Origin: a candidate division WOR-3 bacterium
GTDB lineage: Bacteria; Hydrothermota; Hydrothermia; LBFQ01
NCBI GenBank assembly: GCA_027050205.1
Contig: JALUCS010000097.1
Coordinates: forward strand, 23,627 to 87,626
DNA length: 64,000 nt
Direction of reading: 5' to 3'
Shown: positions 50,007-59,376 of the stretch, piece by piece
Numbering within the stretch: the stretch's first letter is position 1
Layout of the letters: every line of letters begins with the position of its first letter
Made by a program: the position numbers and the translations under genes
Notes under the pieces: model-generated
Seen by the model: the letters and a program-made list of their open reading frames with translations, nothing else
What the model was told of the DNA's origin: nothing
Databases searched by the model: none

Positions 50007-50950
50007 AAGCCCTCGTCTTCGTTGAGACCGTAAAGGGAAAGGTAAAGGAGGCTTCGCTTGAGGCCATAGGCTTCGCCCATATGGTGGCCGACGAGGTCGT
50101 GGCGGTGGTCGTGGGTAAGGGGGTTGAGAGGAACCTGAAGGGCGTAAAGAAGGCCTACGTTTACGAGGACGACCGCCTTGAGTACCCTCTGTCAGCCCCC
50201 ATCGCCAAGGTGATGGAGGAGGTGCAGGCCAAGGAGGGTGCCAAGTACGTTATCCTCTCCGCCACCCCCTTCGGGAAAGAGCTGGGTGGAAGGCTGGCCG
50301 CCCTCTTCAACGCCCCCATCCTTGACGACTTCACCGGGTACGAGGACGGCCTCTTCGTGAAGGGCTTCTACTCCAACAAGGTCTTCGCCCGCATAAAGAT
50401 AGACGGGGATACGGTCGTACTCTCCCCCCGTCCCAAGGCCTTCAAGCCCACGGAGGACGCCACCGAGCCGGAGTACGTGGACCTCTCCCTCTCCCTTGAC
50501 GACAGCCTCTTCGCCGCTCACCCAGTTGAGATAAAGGAGAAGTCCCCCGAGGAGATAGACGTCACCGAGGCCGACATAGTCGTCTCCGGTGGCAGGGGGA
50601 TGGGCAGCGCCGAGAACTACCAGAAGTGGATCCCCGCCCTCAAGGACGCCCTCGCCAAGGCTACGGGCCTGAAGGTGGCCTACGGCGCCTCCCGTGCGGC
50701 GGTCGACGCCGGGTGGGTAGACCACTCCCATCAGGTGGGCCAGACCGGTAAGACGGTCTCCCCTCTGGTGTACTTCGCCATCGGCATATCCGGGGCGATA
50801 CAGCACCAGGCCGGTATGCGCACATCCAAGGTCATAATCGCCATAAACAAGGACCCGGAGGCCCCCATATTTGGCCTCGCGGACTACGGTATCGTTGCGA
50901 AGTGGGAGGACACCCTCCCGGAGCTCATAGAGAAGCTGAAGGGCGAGTAA
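50003..50950 (+). CDS. etfA: Electron transfer flavoprotein alpha subunit
   Basis: VVSGGRG, GASRAAVD, QVGQTGK, GISGAIQH, INKDPEAPIF. Confidence 0.96.
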   Translation: MKALVFVETVKGKVKEASLEAIGFAHMVADEVVAVVVGKGVERNLKGVKKAYVYEDDRLEYPLSAPIAKVMEEVQAKEGAKYVILSATPFGKELGGRLAALFNAPILDDFTGYEDGLFVKGFYSNKVFARIKIDGDTVVLSPRPKAFKPTEDATEPEYVDLSLSLDDSLFAAHPVEIKEKSPEEIDVTEADIVVSGGRGMGSAENYQKWIPALKDALAKATGLKVAYGASRAAVDAGWVDHSHQVGQTGKTVSPLVYFAIGISGAIQHQAGMRTSKVIIAINKDPEAPIFGLADYGIVAKWEDTLPELIEKLKGE

Positions 50951-50969
50951 GAGTGGCTCCAACGTACGG

Positions 50970-51002
50970 AAGGGGAGGGGGAGACCCCTCCCTTTTTGTT
51001 TT
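50970..51002 (+). terminator. Intrinsic terminator after etfA
   Basis: AAGGGGAGGGG-GAGA-CCCCTCCCTTT plus T tract. Confidence 0.85.
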
Positions 51003-51029
51003 CGGCCCCACCCCGTATAATACGGACCG

Positions 51030-53000
51030 TTGGCCAAGCGACACTACCTCCTTGAGGGGGAGAGGAGACTCCGGCCGGAGGCGGGAAGAATAGCCGGTGT
51101 AGTGTGGTCCCCGTCCGGTGAGACCTTCGCCCCCCTCTCCGTAGACCTCGCCGTTTACGACCTCAATGGGAGAAGATTGCTCTATAAAAAACGTCCGTCC
51201 AGCGAGTACCTCCACATCGGCGTCGCCCTCGTAGGGGACTACGTCTTAGTGGGTAAGACTACGCCGGAGGTCTGGAGCCTTAAGACGGGTGAGGTCTTGA
51301 AGAAGCTGAAGGTCAATATATACTGGAGTTCGGGCATATCCGCCCCGTCCTTCTTCCTGTCCCAAGATGCCTCCCTCGTCGCCGCCGTCTCAAGGTTGGA
51401 GACCAGCGCCCACCGCTTCACCGTATGGGATACCGGGACGTGGGAGACTGTGAAGAAGGGGTACATGGAGGGGAAGGGGAGGATAGTCTCCGTCGCCTTC
51501 TCGCCGGACAACTCCGTCCTGGCTCTGGGAGATGTCTTCGGGAACGTACGGTTCGTGGAGACTAGAGGGAAGGCCCGCAGGTACGGCAGGACCCCCCTGC
51601 CCGGTGTATCCGCCGTCGTCTCCTGGGATAACTGGGAGAACGAACCTTACGGGGATACCTACGTCGCGTGGAAAGGGGAGGAGCTCCTGGCTCTCTCGTG
51701 GGCGAAGTGGGGGACCCTGGCCGTCCCCGTCCTCTACGTCCTTGATGGCCAACGGCAGAGGGTTAGGGACGTCTTAAACCTCTACGACCTCTTCAAGGCC
51801 TACGCTGTCCAAGAGGTTTTGACGGGGACGTACGGCCTTCCGGAGCTTTCCCTTCAGGCCTTCAGAGGAGGATGGGCCGTCAGCGTTGGAAGCGCTACCC
51901 TCCTCCTTGACGACTCCCTGAACCCGCGGGGCGTAATGTGGGAGGGGCCCGTATCCGTCTCCCCCGACGGGAGGCACTACGTGGTCTACGGTGAGCGCAC
52001 AAGGGGGGTTCAGGTCTATGACCTTAAGACGGGGAAGGCCGTCCTGCCCTACGTACCCATCGGTGAGGTGAAGGGGGCCGCGTACCTCCCGGAGCGGATA
52101 ACCTTCTCAACCTTCAGGGGAGAGGTGGCATCCGTAGGGTACGAGGGCGAAGATGTAAGAGAACACAGGGTGCCGGGGAGGGCTATAGGGGTGGCCCCAT
52201 GGAGGGAGGGGACGGCCCTTGTCCTGGCGTCCGTAGCCCCGGATCCGGACGAGATCCTGCTCTCCGAGAACACAGGTCGGGTTATGGCCTTCGTCCTTGA
52301 CGGGGAGGGGGCGACAGACGGGTACGCCCTTCAGGATCTCCCCCTCGTCTATCCGAAGGGGGCCTACGGGCCATCCATCTTAAAAGACGGGAGGTTTGAG
52401 AAGGTTGAGGTCAGCCTGCTATCCGTACCGGAGGGTGAAATATTCGCCGTCCTGTCTGGAGACAGCGCCCACATCTACATCTACGGCAAAGGGGAGGCTA
52501 TGCTGAAGTACGACTCCGTTTCGGCCCTTGGCTTCTATCGGGACGGCTTTGTGATCAAGCAGAACGGGGAGGTGATAGAGGTAAGGTTCAACGGTGAGGA
52601 GGAGAGGTTCCCGGTGGGTAAGGACTTCTTCCCCGTCCACGCCCCCGATTCCCCCGTCCCGGTACTCGTGTCCAGGGACTCCGTCTTCATAAACGGGGAG
52701 GAGGTCCCGTACGAAATGGATACGGGTATCGTCTTCATCCTCAAGCGGCTCGTCTTCGGAGGTCCCCCCTTCCTCCCCGCTCACTACGACGGGAAACGGA
52801 ACACCCTCCTTATACCCTACGCCAACTACGTCCTCATCGTCCCCCTTGGCGGCTCACAACCGGAGGCGATAAAGCTGGAGGAGAGGGAAACGTCCTCGGA
52901 GTACGCCGTAGGGAGCGTATTCTGTCGCAAAAACACCCTCTACGGTCTTGAGCTGGGCGAGATAAGACGCTGGAGAAAGAGGGGGTTGAAATGTACTTAG
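51030..53000 (+). CDS. WD40-like repeat protein
   Basis: WSPSG, VWSLKTG, VWDTGTW, SVAFSPDN, VSPDG, VYDLKTG. Confidence 0.8.
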   Translation: MAKRHYLLEGERRLRPEAGRIAGVVWSPSGETFAPLSVDLAVYDLNGRRLLYKKRPSSEYLHIGVALVGDYVLVGKTTPEVWSLKTGEVLKKLKVNIYWSSGISAPSFFLSQDASLVAAVSRLETSAHRFTVWDTGTWETVKKGYMEGKGRIVSVAFSPDNSVLALGDVFGNVRFVETRGKARRYGRTPLPGVSAVVSWDNWENEPYGDTYVAWKGEELLALSWAKWGTLAVPVLYVLDGQRQRVRDVLNLYDLFKAYAVQEVLTGTYGLPELSLQAFRGGWAVSVGSATLLLDDSLNPRGVMWEGPVSVSPDGRHYVVYGERTRGVQVYDLKTGKAVLPYVPIGEVKGAAYLPERITFSTFRGEVASVGYEGEDVREHRVPGRAIGVAPWREGTALVLASVAPDPDEILLSENTGRVMAFVLDGEGATDGYALQDLPLVYPKGAYGPSILKDGRFEKVEVSLLSVPEGEIFAVLSGDSAHIYIYGKGEAMLKYDSVSALGFYRDGFVIKQNGEVIEVRFNGEEERFPVGKDFFPVHAPDSPVPVLVSRDSVFINGEEVPYEMDTGIVFILKRLVFGGPPFLPAHYDGKRNTLLIPYANYVLIVPLGGSQPEAIKLEERETSSEYAVGSVFCRKNTLYGLELGEIRRWRKRGLKCT

Positions 53001-53710
53001 ACCTAAGACTCCGCCTTATGGGGGAGGAGGGCCTTAGGGAGATCCTCGGCGACCGGTTCGTAGAAAAAGGCCGGGAGATTGCGGAGAAGGGTGAGGTCCT
53101 CTTCTACGACTCCACGGATACGGAGGCGACGGCCGTTGTGTCTGGCTGCGAAGTACGAGCCTCCTACGACTGGATGAGGGACGAGATGAAATTCAAATGC
53201 GGATGCCACGGGAAGGCCAAGGCGTGCGAGCATGTGGCCGCCCTCCTTCTGACCGTTCTGAAGGAAAAGGAGAGGTACGAGGCCCTAAGCGAAAAACTTT
53301 CATCAACGGCCCTCAAAGGGGATCTGGCCGTACCGGTGAGCCTTCCGGAGGTTAAGGGTACGTCCCTCGCCCTCTTCGTCTTCGGCTCTAACAGGGAAGA
53401 GATAGAGTCCATGGGGCTATCCCATTTCCTTGAGGTGATAAATCTGGCCGAGAGGATGGGGGTAAGGGACCCCGTGGCCGTAGGTGCGGCGGCCGAGAAG
53501 GTCATAGACTTCTTCGGAGGGGAGCCGGAGGAGGCCGCAGACCGTATCCTGAAGACCTACGGGGACGATGAGGAGGTTCTGACAGCCATCCTTAGGCTCC
53601 TTGTGCGTGCCTCGTATTTGGCACCTACGGAGAAGATAACGGCCACCCTCCGGTTGTTGGCCGGACGTATGGAAGTGTGGGAGGATATAAAGGGGTACTT
53701 GAAGGTGTGA
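52991..53710 (+). CDS. SWIM zinc-finger protein
   Basis: CGC-x6-CEH (CxC..CxH) preceded by FVEKGRE. Confidence 0.82.
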   Translation: MYLDLRLRLMGEEGLREILGDRFVEKGREIAEKGEVLFYDSTDTEATAVVSGCEVRASYDWMRDEMKFKCGCHGKAKACEHVAALLLTVLKEKERYEALSEKLSSTALKGDLAVPVSLPEVKGTSLALFVFGSNREEIESMGLSHFLEVINLAERMGVRDPVAVGAAAEKVIDFFGGEPEEAADRILKTYGDDEEVLTAILRLLVRASYLAPTEKITATLRLLAGRMEVWEDIKGYLKV

Positions 53711-53720
53711 GGTAGAGACA

Positions 53721-54284
53721 TTATTTCAACACATCATCAACCTTAAGCCTAAAGCCTTTTAGGATGCACGACTCAACCTCCCCGCTGCCAGCGGCGATAC
53801 TGTGCAGGACGTACTTATCGTCCTTCAAACACCAAACTTCAATCGTCTTCAGTCCCGGATACACTATCCAGTACTCTTTGACGCCGTACCTCTCGTACAG
53901 GGCGAACTTTTCGTATCGGTCCCTTACGTAGCTACTCGGTGAAACGATCTCAACCGCCAAGTCCGGAGGGCCAAAGAGACGCCCGTCTTTGACGTTTTTC
54001 AGATTTTCGTTAGGGATGAATACTATATCGGGCTGGACGACTACAGTCTCGGATAGGATGACGTCAAAGGGAGCATAAACAACCACCCCACTGTTCCTAT
54101 CGCTGACGAAGCGGTCAAGTGCTATCACTATAGCCTTAGAAATCAGTTGATGTTCAAAGGACGGTGCCGGCATTTCCTCCAACCTCCCGTTTATAAGTTC
54201 GTACCTTTTGTCATCGTCAAGTTGGAGATAGTCCTCGTAAGTTAAAACCTTCTCCTCCGGCTTATCAACTACCGCTTCCCCCAT
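53721..54284 (-). CDS. Uma2-family endonuclease, copy A
   Basis: TYEDY..RYELING..MPAP..HQ..VQPD..PDLAVEIVSP..YGVKEYW; AAGGAGG RBS before ATG 54284. Confidence 0.93.
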   Translation of the reverse strand: MGEAVVDKPEEKVLTYEDYLQLDDDKRYELINGRLEEMPAPSFEHQLISKAIVIALDRFVSDRNSGVVVYAPFDVILSETVVVQPDIVFIPNENLKNVKDGRLFGPPDLAVEIVSPSSYVRDRYEKFALYERYGVKEYWIVYPGLKTIEVWCLKDDKYVLHSIAAGSGEVESCILKGFRLKVDDVLK

Positions 54285-54831
54285 CTTCAACCTCCTTCAG
54301 CAGGTCCTTGAGCCTGAACTTCACCCCCTCTAAAAGCTCCACCTCCTCATCTTCACCGAAAGATTTAACTCCTCCCTTGTCAATCACTACTACCTCTCTA
54401 TCCTCCGGGAAAACCCAAACCTGCCTCTTCACCCCCCACCTCCTGTAGCCCTCCATCTTCTCAAGGATGTAGGGTAGGCTGTCGGATGGCGATACTATTT
54501 CAACCACCAAATCTGGCGGCACCTCTATGGCTCCTCCCTTTAATTTCCACTTATTTCTAGAAATAGCCACTACATCGGCTCCGCGGAGAGTTAGAGGAGA
54601 ACGGGAGAGAAGCAGAGCCACATCTCCGACCAATACGAGCATCTGTTTCGTACCCTCCCTTATCAGGGAGGCTATTTCCATCTCCAAGAAACCGTGGGTG
54701 TCTCCCGTAGGCATCTTTCTAACCTCCTTACCTCTTACAACTTCCGAGACTTCTTCCGGTATCCTACCGCTTAGGTAGTCCTCGTAGGTCCAAATCCTCT
54801 CCTTTGGTTTCTCAAGTACGGCCGCCTTCAT
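54265..54831 (-). CDS. Uma2-family endonuclease, copy B (divergent)
   Basis: WTYEDY, MPTGDTH, RGADV, PPDLVVEIVSP, WGVKRQVW. Confidence 0.9.
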   Translation of the reverse strand: MKAAVLEKPKERIWTYEDYLSGRIPEEVSEVVRGKEVRKMPTGDTHGFLEMEIASLIREGTKQMLVLVGDVALLLSRSPLTLRGADVVAISRNKWKLKGGAIEVPPDLVVEIVSPSDSLPYILEKMEGYRRWGVKRQVWVFPEDREVVVIDKGGVKSFGEDEEVELLEGVKFRLKDLLKEVEDGGSGS

Positions 54832-55391
54832 TTCATCACCTCCTCAACTTTTACTTTAAAGCCCTTGAGGACGCAGGATTCAACCTCCCCGTTGCCAGCG
54901 GCGATGCTATGCAGGACGTATTTGCCGTCCTTCAAACACCATACTTCAATCGCCTTCAGTTCCGGATACACTATCCAGTACTCTTTGACGCCATACCTCT
55001 CGTACAGGGAGAACTTTTCATATCGGTCCCTTACGTAGCTCGTGGGGGATACCACCTCAACTACCAGATCAGGAGAACCGAAGAGACGACCGTTCTTGAC
55101 GTTCTTCAGGTTTTCGTCGGATATAAAGACTATATCGGGTTGGACAACCACCATCTCGGATAGGACCACGTCAAAGGGAGCATCTACGACCTGTCCGATT
55201 CTCCTCTTCCTTACGTATTCCCAGAGGAGGAACTCTAAATCCCGTGAGATAACTTGATGCTCAAAGGACGGTGCGGGCATTTCTTCCAACCTCCCGTTTA
55301 TAAGCTCGTACCTCCTTTCATCCTCAAGCCTCAAATAGTCTTCGTAGGTCAAGACCTTTTTCTTAGGCCTGTCAAGTACGGCTTCCTTCAT
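54828..55391 (-). CDS. Uma2-family endonuclease, copy C
   Basis: Same motifs as copy A; ATGA coupling. Confidence 0.93.
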   Translation of the reverse strand: MKEAVLDRPKKKVLTYEDYLRLEDERRYELINGRLEEMPAPSFEHQVISRDLEFLLWEYVRKRRIGQVVDAPFDVVLSEMVVVQPDIVFISDENLKNVKNGRLFGSPDLVVEVVSPTSYVRDRYEKFSLYERYGVKEYWIVYPELKAIEVWCLKDGKYVLHSIAAGNGEVESCVLKGFKVKVEEVMK

Positions 55392-56064
55392 TTCAATACC
55401 TCCTCAACCTTTACTTTAAAACCCTTGAGGACGCAGGATTCAACCTCCCCGCTGCCGACGGCGACAGAATGCAGTACGTACTTGCCGTCTTTCAAGCACC
55501 AGACCTCTATTGCCCTGTATTCCGGATACACCAACCAGTATTCCTTAACCCCGTATCTCTCGTAGAGGGAGAACTTCTCGTACCTGTCCCTCGCGTAGCT
55601 ACTCGGTGAGACCACCTCAACCACAAGGTCGGGAGGGCCGAAGATACGACCCCTCACTTCGTTTTTACCCTGCTGGAAAACGATAACTATATCGGGCTGT
55701 AAGACGACGTTCTCCGAAAGTATAACATCCACAGGGGACGGTAAAACCTCCCATTTGGATTCGTCCTCCATCGGTAAGATCGCCTTCATAAGCCTCTTAA
55801 GTATCCTCTGATGCTCCGTCGTCGGTGCGGGCATTTCTTCCAACCTCCCGTTTATAAGCTCGTACCTCCTTTCATCCTCAAGCCTCAAATAGTCCTCGTA
55901 GGTCAAAACCTCCCCCTTCGGCCTATCAAGTACGGCTTCCTTCATTTCAGTACCTCCTCAACCTTTACTTTAAAGCCCTTGAGGACGCAGGATTCAACCT
56001 CCCCACTGCCGACGGCGACAGAATGCAGTACGTACTTGCCGTCTTTCAAGCACCAGACCTCTAT
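55269..56064. repeat. ~240-bp near-identical direct repeat spanning Uma2 gene junctions
   Basis: 55269-55510 versus 55823-56064 (period 554 bp). Confidence 0.85.
55388..55945 (-). CDS. Uma2-family endonuclease, copy D
   Basis: Same motifs; ATGA coupling. Confidence 0.93.
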   Translation of the reverse strand: MKEAVLDRPKGEVLTYEDYLRLEDERRYELINGRLEEMPAPTTEHQRILKRLMKAILPMEDESKWEVLPSPVDVILSENVVLQPDIVIVFQQGKNEVRGRIFGPPDLVVEVVSPSSYARDRYEKFSLYERYGVKEYWLVYPEYRAIEVWCLKDGKYVLHSVAVGSGEVESCVLKGFKVKVEEVLK

Positions 56065-56505
56065 CACCTTCTCACGGGGCAGAACGATCCAGTACTCCCT
56101 TACGCCATACTTCTCGTAAAGCCTGAACTTCTCGTATCTGTCTCTCGTGTAGCTGCTCGGTGAGACTACCTCAACCACTAAGTCAGGAGGGCCGAATAAT
56201 CTTCCCTGTTTGACATCCTTTAAAGTCTCGTTGGATATAAAAATCACATCCGGCTGGACGACAACGGTCTCGGAGAGTATGACGTCAAAGGGAGCGGGGA
56301 GAACTTCCCCCAAATTGCCTTTATCGGAAAAGCCACGCATTATAAGGATTATTTTGGATATGATCCTCTGATGTTCAAGGCCTGGCGCAGGCATCTCGTA
56401 CAACCTCCCGTTTATAAGCTCATAACGCTTTTCATCCTCAAGTCGGAGGTAATCTTCATAGGTTAGGACCTTCTCCCTCGGCCTATCAAGAACCGCTTCC
56501 TTCAT
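55942..56505 (-). CDS. Uma2-family endonuclease, copy E
   Basis: Same motifs; ATGA coupling. Confidence 0.93.
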   Translation of the reverse strand: MKEAVLDRPREKVLTYEDYLRLEDEKRYELINGRLYEMPAPGLEHQRIISKIILIMRGFSDKGNLGEVLPAPFDVILSETVVVQPDVIFISNETLKDVKQGRLFGPPDLVVEVVSPSSYTRDRYEKFRLYEKYGVREYWIVLPREKVIEVWCLKDGKYVLHSVAVGSGEVESCVLKGFKVKVEEVLK

Positions 56506-57062
56506 TTCAGTACCTCCTCAACCTTCACCTTGAGGCCCTTGAGGACGCACGACTCAACCTCTCCGCTGCCAGCGGCGACGGAGTGCAGGGCGTACTTGCC
56601 GTCTTTCAGGCACCAGACTTCTATTGCCCTGTATTCCGGATATACCAACCAATATTCCTTAACGCTGTGCTTCTCGTACAGAGAGAACTTCTCGTACCTG
56701 TCGCGGTGATAACTACCCGGTGAAACTATCTCAACGACAAGGTCAGGGGGGCCGAATATACGCTCTTTCACAATATGGGTCCGTTCTGCAGCCACGAAGA
56801 GAATGTCAGGCTGGACAACGGTTGTTTCGGAGAGTATCACATCCACAGGCGCATACAGGACAAGACCCAGATTCCCTTTACCGACGAACCTCTCCAGAAG
56901 GATAAAGAGACGCTTTGAGATTATCTGATGTTCCGTCGTAGGTGCGGGCATTTCTATTAACCTCCCGTTTATGAGTTCGTACCTCTTATCGTCCTCAAGC
57001 CTCAAATAGTCCTCGTAGGTTAAAACCTTTTTCTTAGGCCCATCAACTACCTCTTCCTTCAT
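56502..57062 (-). CDS. Uma2-family endonuclease, copy F (first transcribed)
   Basis: Same motifs; GGGAGGT RBS and TAGAAT upstream. Confidence 0.93.
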   Translation of the reverse strand: MKEEVVDGPKKKVLTYEDYLRLEDDKRYELINGRLIEMPAPTTEHQIISKRLFILLERFVGKGNLGLVLYAPVDVILSETTVVQPDILFVAAERTHIVKERIFGPPDLVVEIVSPGSYHRDRYEKFSLYEKHSVKEYWLVYPEYRAIEVWCLKDGKYALHSVAAGSGEVESCVLKGLKVKVEEVLK

Positions 57063-57116
57063 CTTAAACCTCCCGTTTCCTGCCGTCCATATTCTAAGGC
57101 CGATGGCAGACGGTAA

Positions 57117-59192
57117 TCAGTGCCTGAAGAGCCGCTTCCCCGTAAAGACCAGCTTTATGCCCAACTCCTTCGCCTTTTCAATAACCTCCGCATCCCTCTT
57201 GGACCCTCCCGGCTCGGCCACCACCTTGACGCCGAAGGTGTGCGCCCACTCTACGGAGTCGGGGAAGGGGAAGAAGGCGTCCGAAACGAGGGTGGCACCG
57301 TAGGCGTTCTCGTCCGCCTTGATCAGGGCGACCCTTACGGCCGTGACGCGGTCCACGAGGCCGCTACCCGTACCGAAGAGAGTCTTATCCTTAACCACGA
57401 CGGCGGCGTTGGATCTGGCCCACTTTACCATCTTGAGGCCGAAGATGATGTCTTCCACCTCCCGGTCGGTCAGCGGTTCCGTCTTGCTCTCTATGTACTC
57501 GTAAGGAGGGTCAAAGTCGGTGGTCTGGACGAGGATGTCCCCTCCCTGCATGAGCATCTGAAGGTGCGGGAGCCTGTACTTGAAGACGTCTATCTTCAGG
57601 ATGCGGAGCCTCTTCTTCTTCCGGAGTATCTCAAGGGCGCCCTCCGAGTAGTCCGTAGCTATCACCACCTCGTAGAAATGCTCCTTGAGTTTCCGGGCGA
57701 GGTCCTCCTCAACGGCGAAGTTTATGGCCACTATCCCACCGTAGGCCGCCTGCATGTCCCCGAGGAGGGTCTTCTCGTAGGCCCGTATGGGGTTCTCCGC
57801 CTCGGCGCCGGCGGCCGGGCTGCCGTGCTTAACGATGACTATGGCGTGATCCGAGAACTCTTGAACGGCGCTCCAGGCCGAGTACGCGTCCAAGATGTTG
57901 TTGTAGGAGAGGTCCGGGCCGTGGATCTGCTCTATGGCGGAGAGGAAGGAGTTGGGCGGGTTGGTATAGACCCAGGCCTTCTGGTGGGGGTTCTCGCCGT
58001 AGCGGAGTTCAACGGGGTCCTTCACGTGTATGAAGATGTTCTTGTAAAGCTCGGAGGGGTAGAGAAGGCCGCCCAGTCCCTCGTATATCTGGATGTCGTA
58101 TCCGGCCGTCCGGGCGAAGGCCTTTACAGCCAGCCTCTTCCGGGTCTCCTCGCTGACCTTACCCTCGTTCTCCTCCATCTCTAACATAAAGGGGACGATG
58201 TCCTCCGGGTCGGTTATGACGGAGACGAAGGCGTGGTTCTTGGCGGCCGCCCTTATGAGGGCCACACCCCCTATGTCTATCATCTCAACTATCTCGTCTA
58301 TGTCCTTGCTCCTCTGGAGGGTCTCCTTGAAGGGGTAGAGCTGGACGAAGACCACCTCTATATCGGGGACGTCCAACTCCATCGCTATGGGGAGGTCGTC
58401 CTCCCTGTGGAAGAGTATCCCCCCCATCACGTAGGGGTTCAGGGTCTTGACCCTACCGCCGAAGACCTCCGGAAAGCCCGTAAGGGCGGAGACGTCAAGG
58501 GCGAAAACCCCGTTGTCCCTCAAGTACTTCGCCGTCCCCGACGTCGCTACTATGGAGTACCCGTACTCCTGTAGGAAGTGGGCGAACCTCGTCAGCTTCG
58601 GCGTCTTCTCGTAGGAGGCGAAGAGGGCGTACTTCGGAGGCTTACCGAACAGGAACTTCACGAGGGTATCAAAGTAGAGGGCATGCTCCACCTGATGGAT
58701 CCTCTTCTCAAGACTCTCAAGGGACTCCTCCCTGAAGAGGGGGACCACCCTCTGGGTGAGGATGGGGCCGGCGTCCACCTTCTCCGTTACGATATGGACG
58801 GTTACGCCCGTGAACTTCGTCCCGGAACTCCACGCCCTCCTTATGGCGTCCCTCCCCTTAAAGGCTGGCAGGAGGGAGGGGTGTATGTTTAAGATCTTGC
58901 CGCGGAAGGCCTCCACGGTTTCGGGTGGGAGGATCCGCATGTACCCGGCCAAAACGACCGCATCCACCCTGCCTATGGACTTGATCGCCTCAACCGTAGG
59001 GGTGCCGGGGTCTTTAATCACCCTGTAAGGTACCCCCAACCTCTTCGCCCGCTCTATGGCCCTCGCTTCGGGGTTGTCGGTTATGAGGAGGGGGAAACTT
59101 ATAGGGTAATGGGTCGCCCTCGCCCGACGGACCAGGGCCTCAAAGTTGCTTCCGTTCCCAGATGCCAAGACTACGACCTTTTTCTCCCGCAC
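57117..59192 (-). CDS. purH: PurN-PurH fusion (GAR transformylase plus IMP cyclohydrolase/AICAR transformylase)
   Basis: N-part VLASGNGSNF, LAGYMRIL, NIHPSLLP, GVTVH. C-part GGRVKTL, IDIGG, LRYGENPHQ, SYNNILD, VKH, SDAFFPF, RLFRH. Start GTG 59192, 7 nt after TAGAAT. Confidence 0.93.
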   Translation of the reverse strand: MREKKVVVLASGNGSNFEALVRRARATHYPISFPLLITDNPEARAIERAKRLGVPYRVIKDPGTPTVEAIKSIGRVDAVVLAGYMRILPPETVEAFRGKILNIHPSLLPAFKGRDAIRRAWSSGTKFTGVTVHIVTEKVDAGPILTQRVVPLFREESLESLEKRIHQVEHALYFDTLVKFLFGKPPKYALFASYEKTPKLTRFAHFLQEYGYSIVATSGTAKYLRDNGVFALDVSALTGFPEVFGGRVKTLNPYVMGGILFHREDDLPIAMELDVPDIEVVFVQLYPFKETLQRSKDIDEIVEMIDIGGVALIRAAAKNHAFVSVITDPEDIVPFMLEMEENEGKVSEETRKRLAVKAFARTAGYDIQIYEGLGGLLYPSELYKNIFIHVKDPVELRYGENPHQKAWVYTNPPNSFLSAIEQIHGPDLSYNNILDAYSAWSAVQEFSDHAIVIVKHGSPAAGAEAENPIRAYEKTLLGDMQAAYGGIVAINFAVEEDLARKLKEHFYEVVIATDYSEGALEILRKKKRLRILKIDVFKYRLPHLQMLMQGGDILVQTTDFDPPYEYIESKTEPLTDREVEDIIFGLKMVKWARSNAAVVVKDKTLFGTGSGLVDRVTAVRVALIKADENAYGATLVSDAFFPFPDSVEWAHTFGVKVVAEPGGSKRDAEVIEKAKELGIKLVFTGKRLFRH

Positions 59193-59252
59193 GGAAGTTA
59201 TTCTACCGGAGAAGCCCACCAACCGCCCGTATAATTCCAGCCTCCGGAACGG

Positions 59253-59327
59253 CGGGGTGTAGCGCAGCCTGGTTAGCGCGCCCGGTTCGGGACCGGGAGG
59301 TCCGGGGTTCAAATCCCCGCACCCCGA
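59253..59327 (+). tRNA. tRNA-Pro (CGG)
   Basis: CGGGGTG acceptor stem, CCCGG-TTCGGGA-CCGGG anticodon arm, TTCAAAT T loop; no CCA. Confidence 0.97.
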
Positions 59328-59376
59328 TTTGGGCGACAGGGAAAAGACCGGGGAATCCCCCCTGTGGGAAGGGACG

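Noticed and set aside
53721..57062. Uma2 array as a diversity-generating retroelement or integron
   Set aside because: No reverse transcriptase, integrase, template repeat or attC-like spacers; the differences are not adenine-specific.
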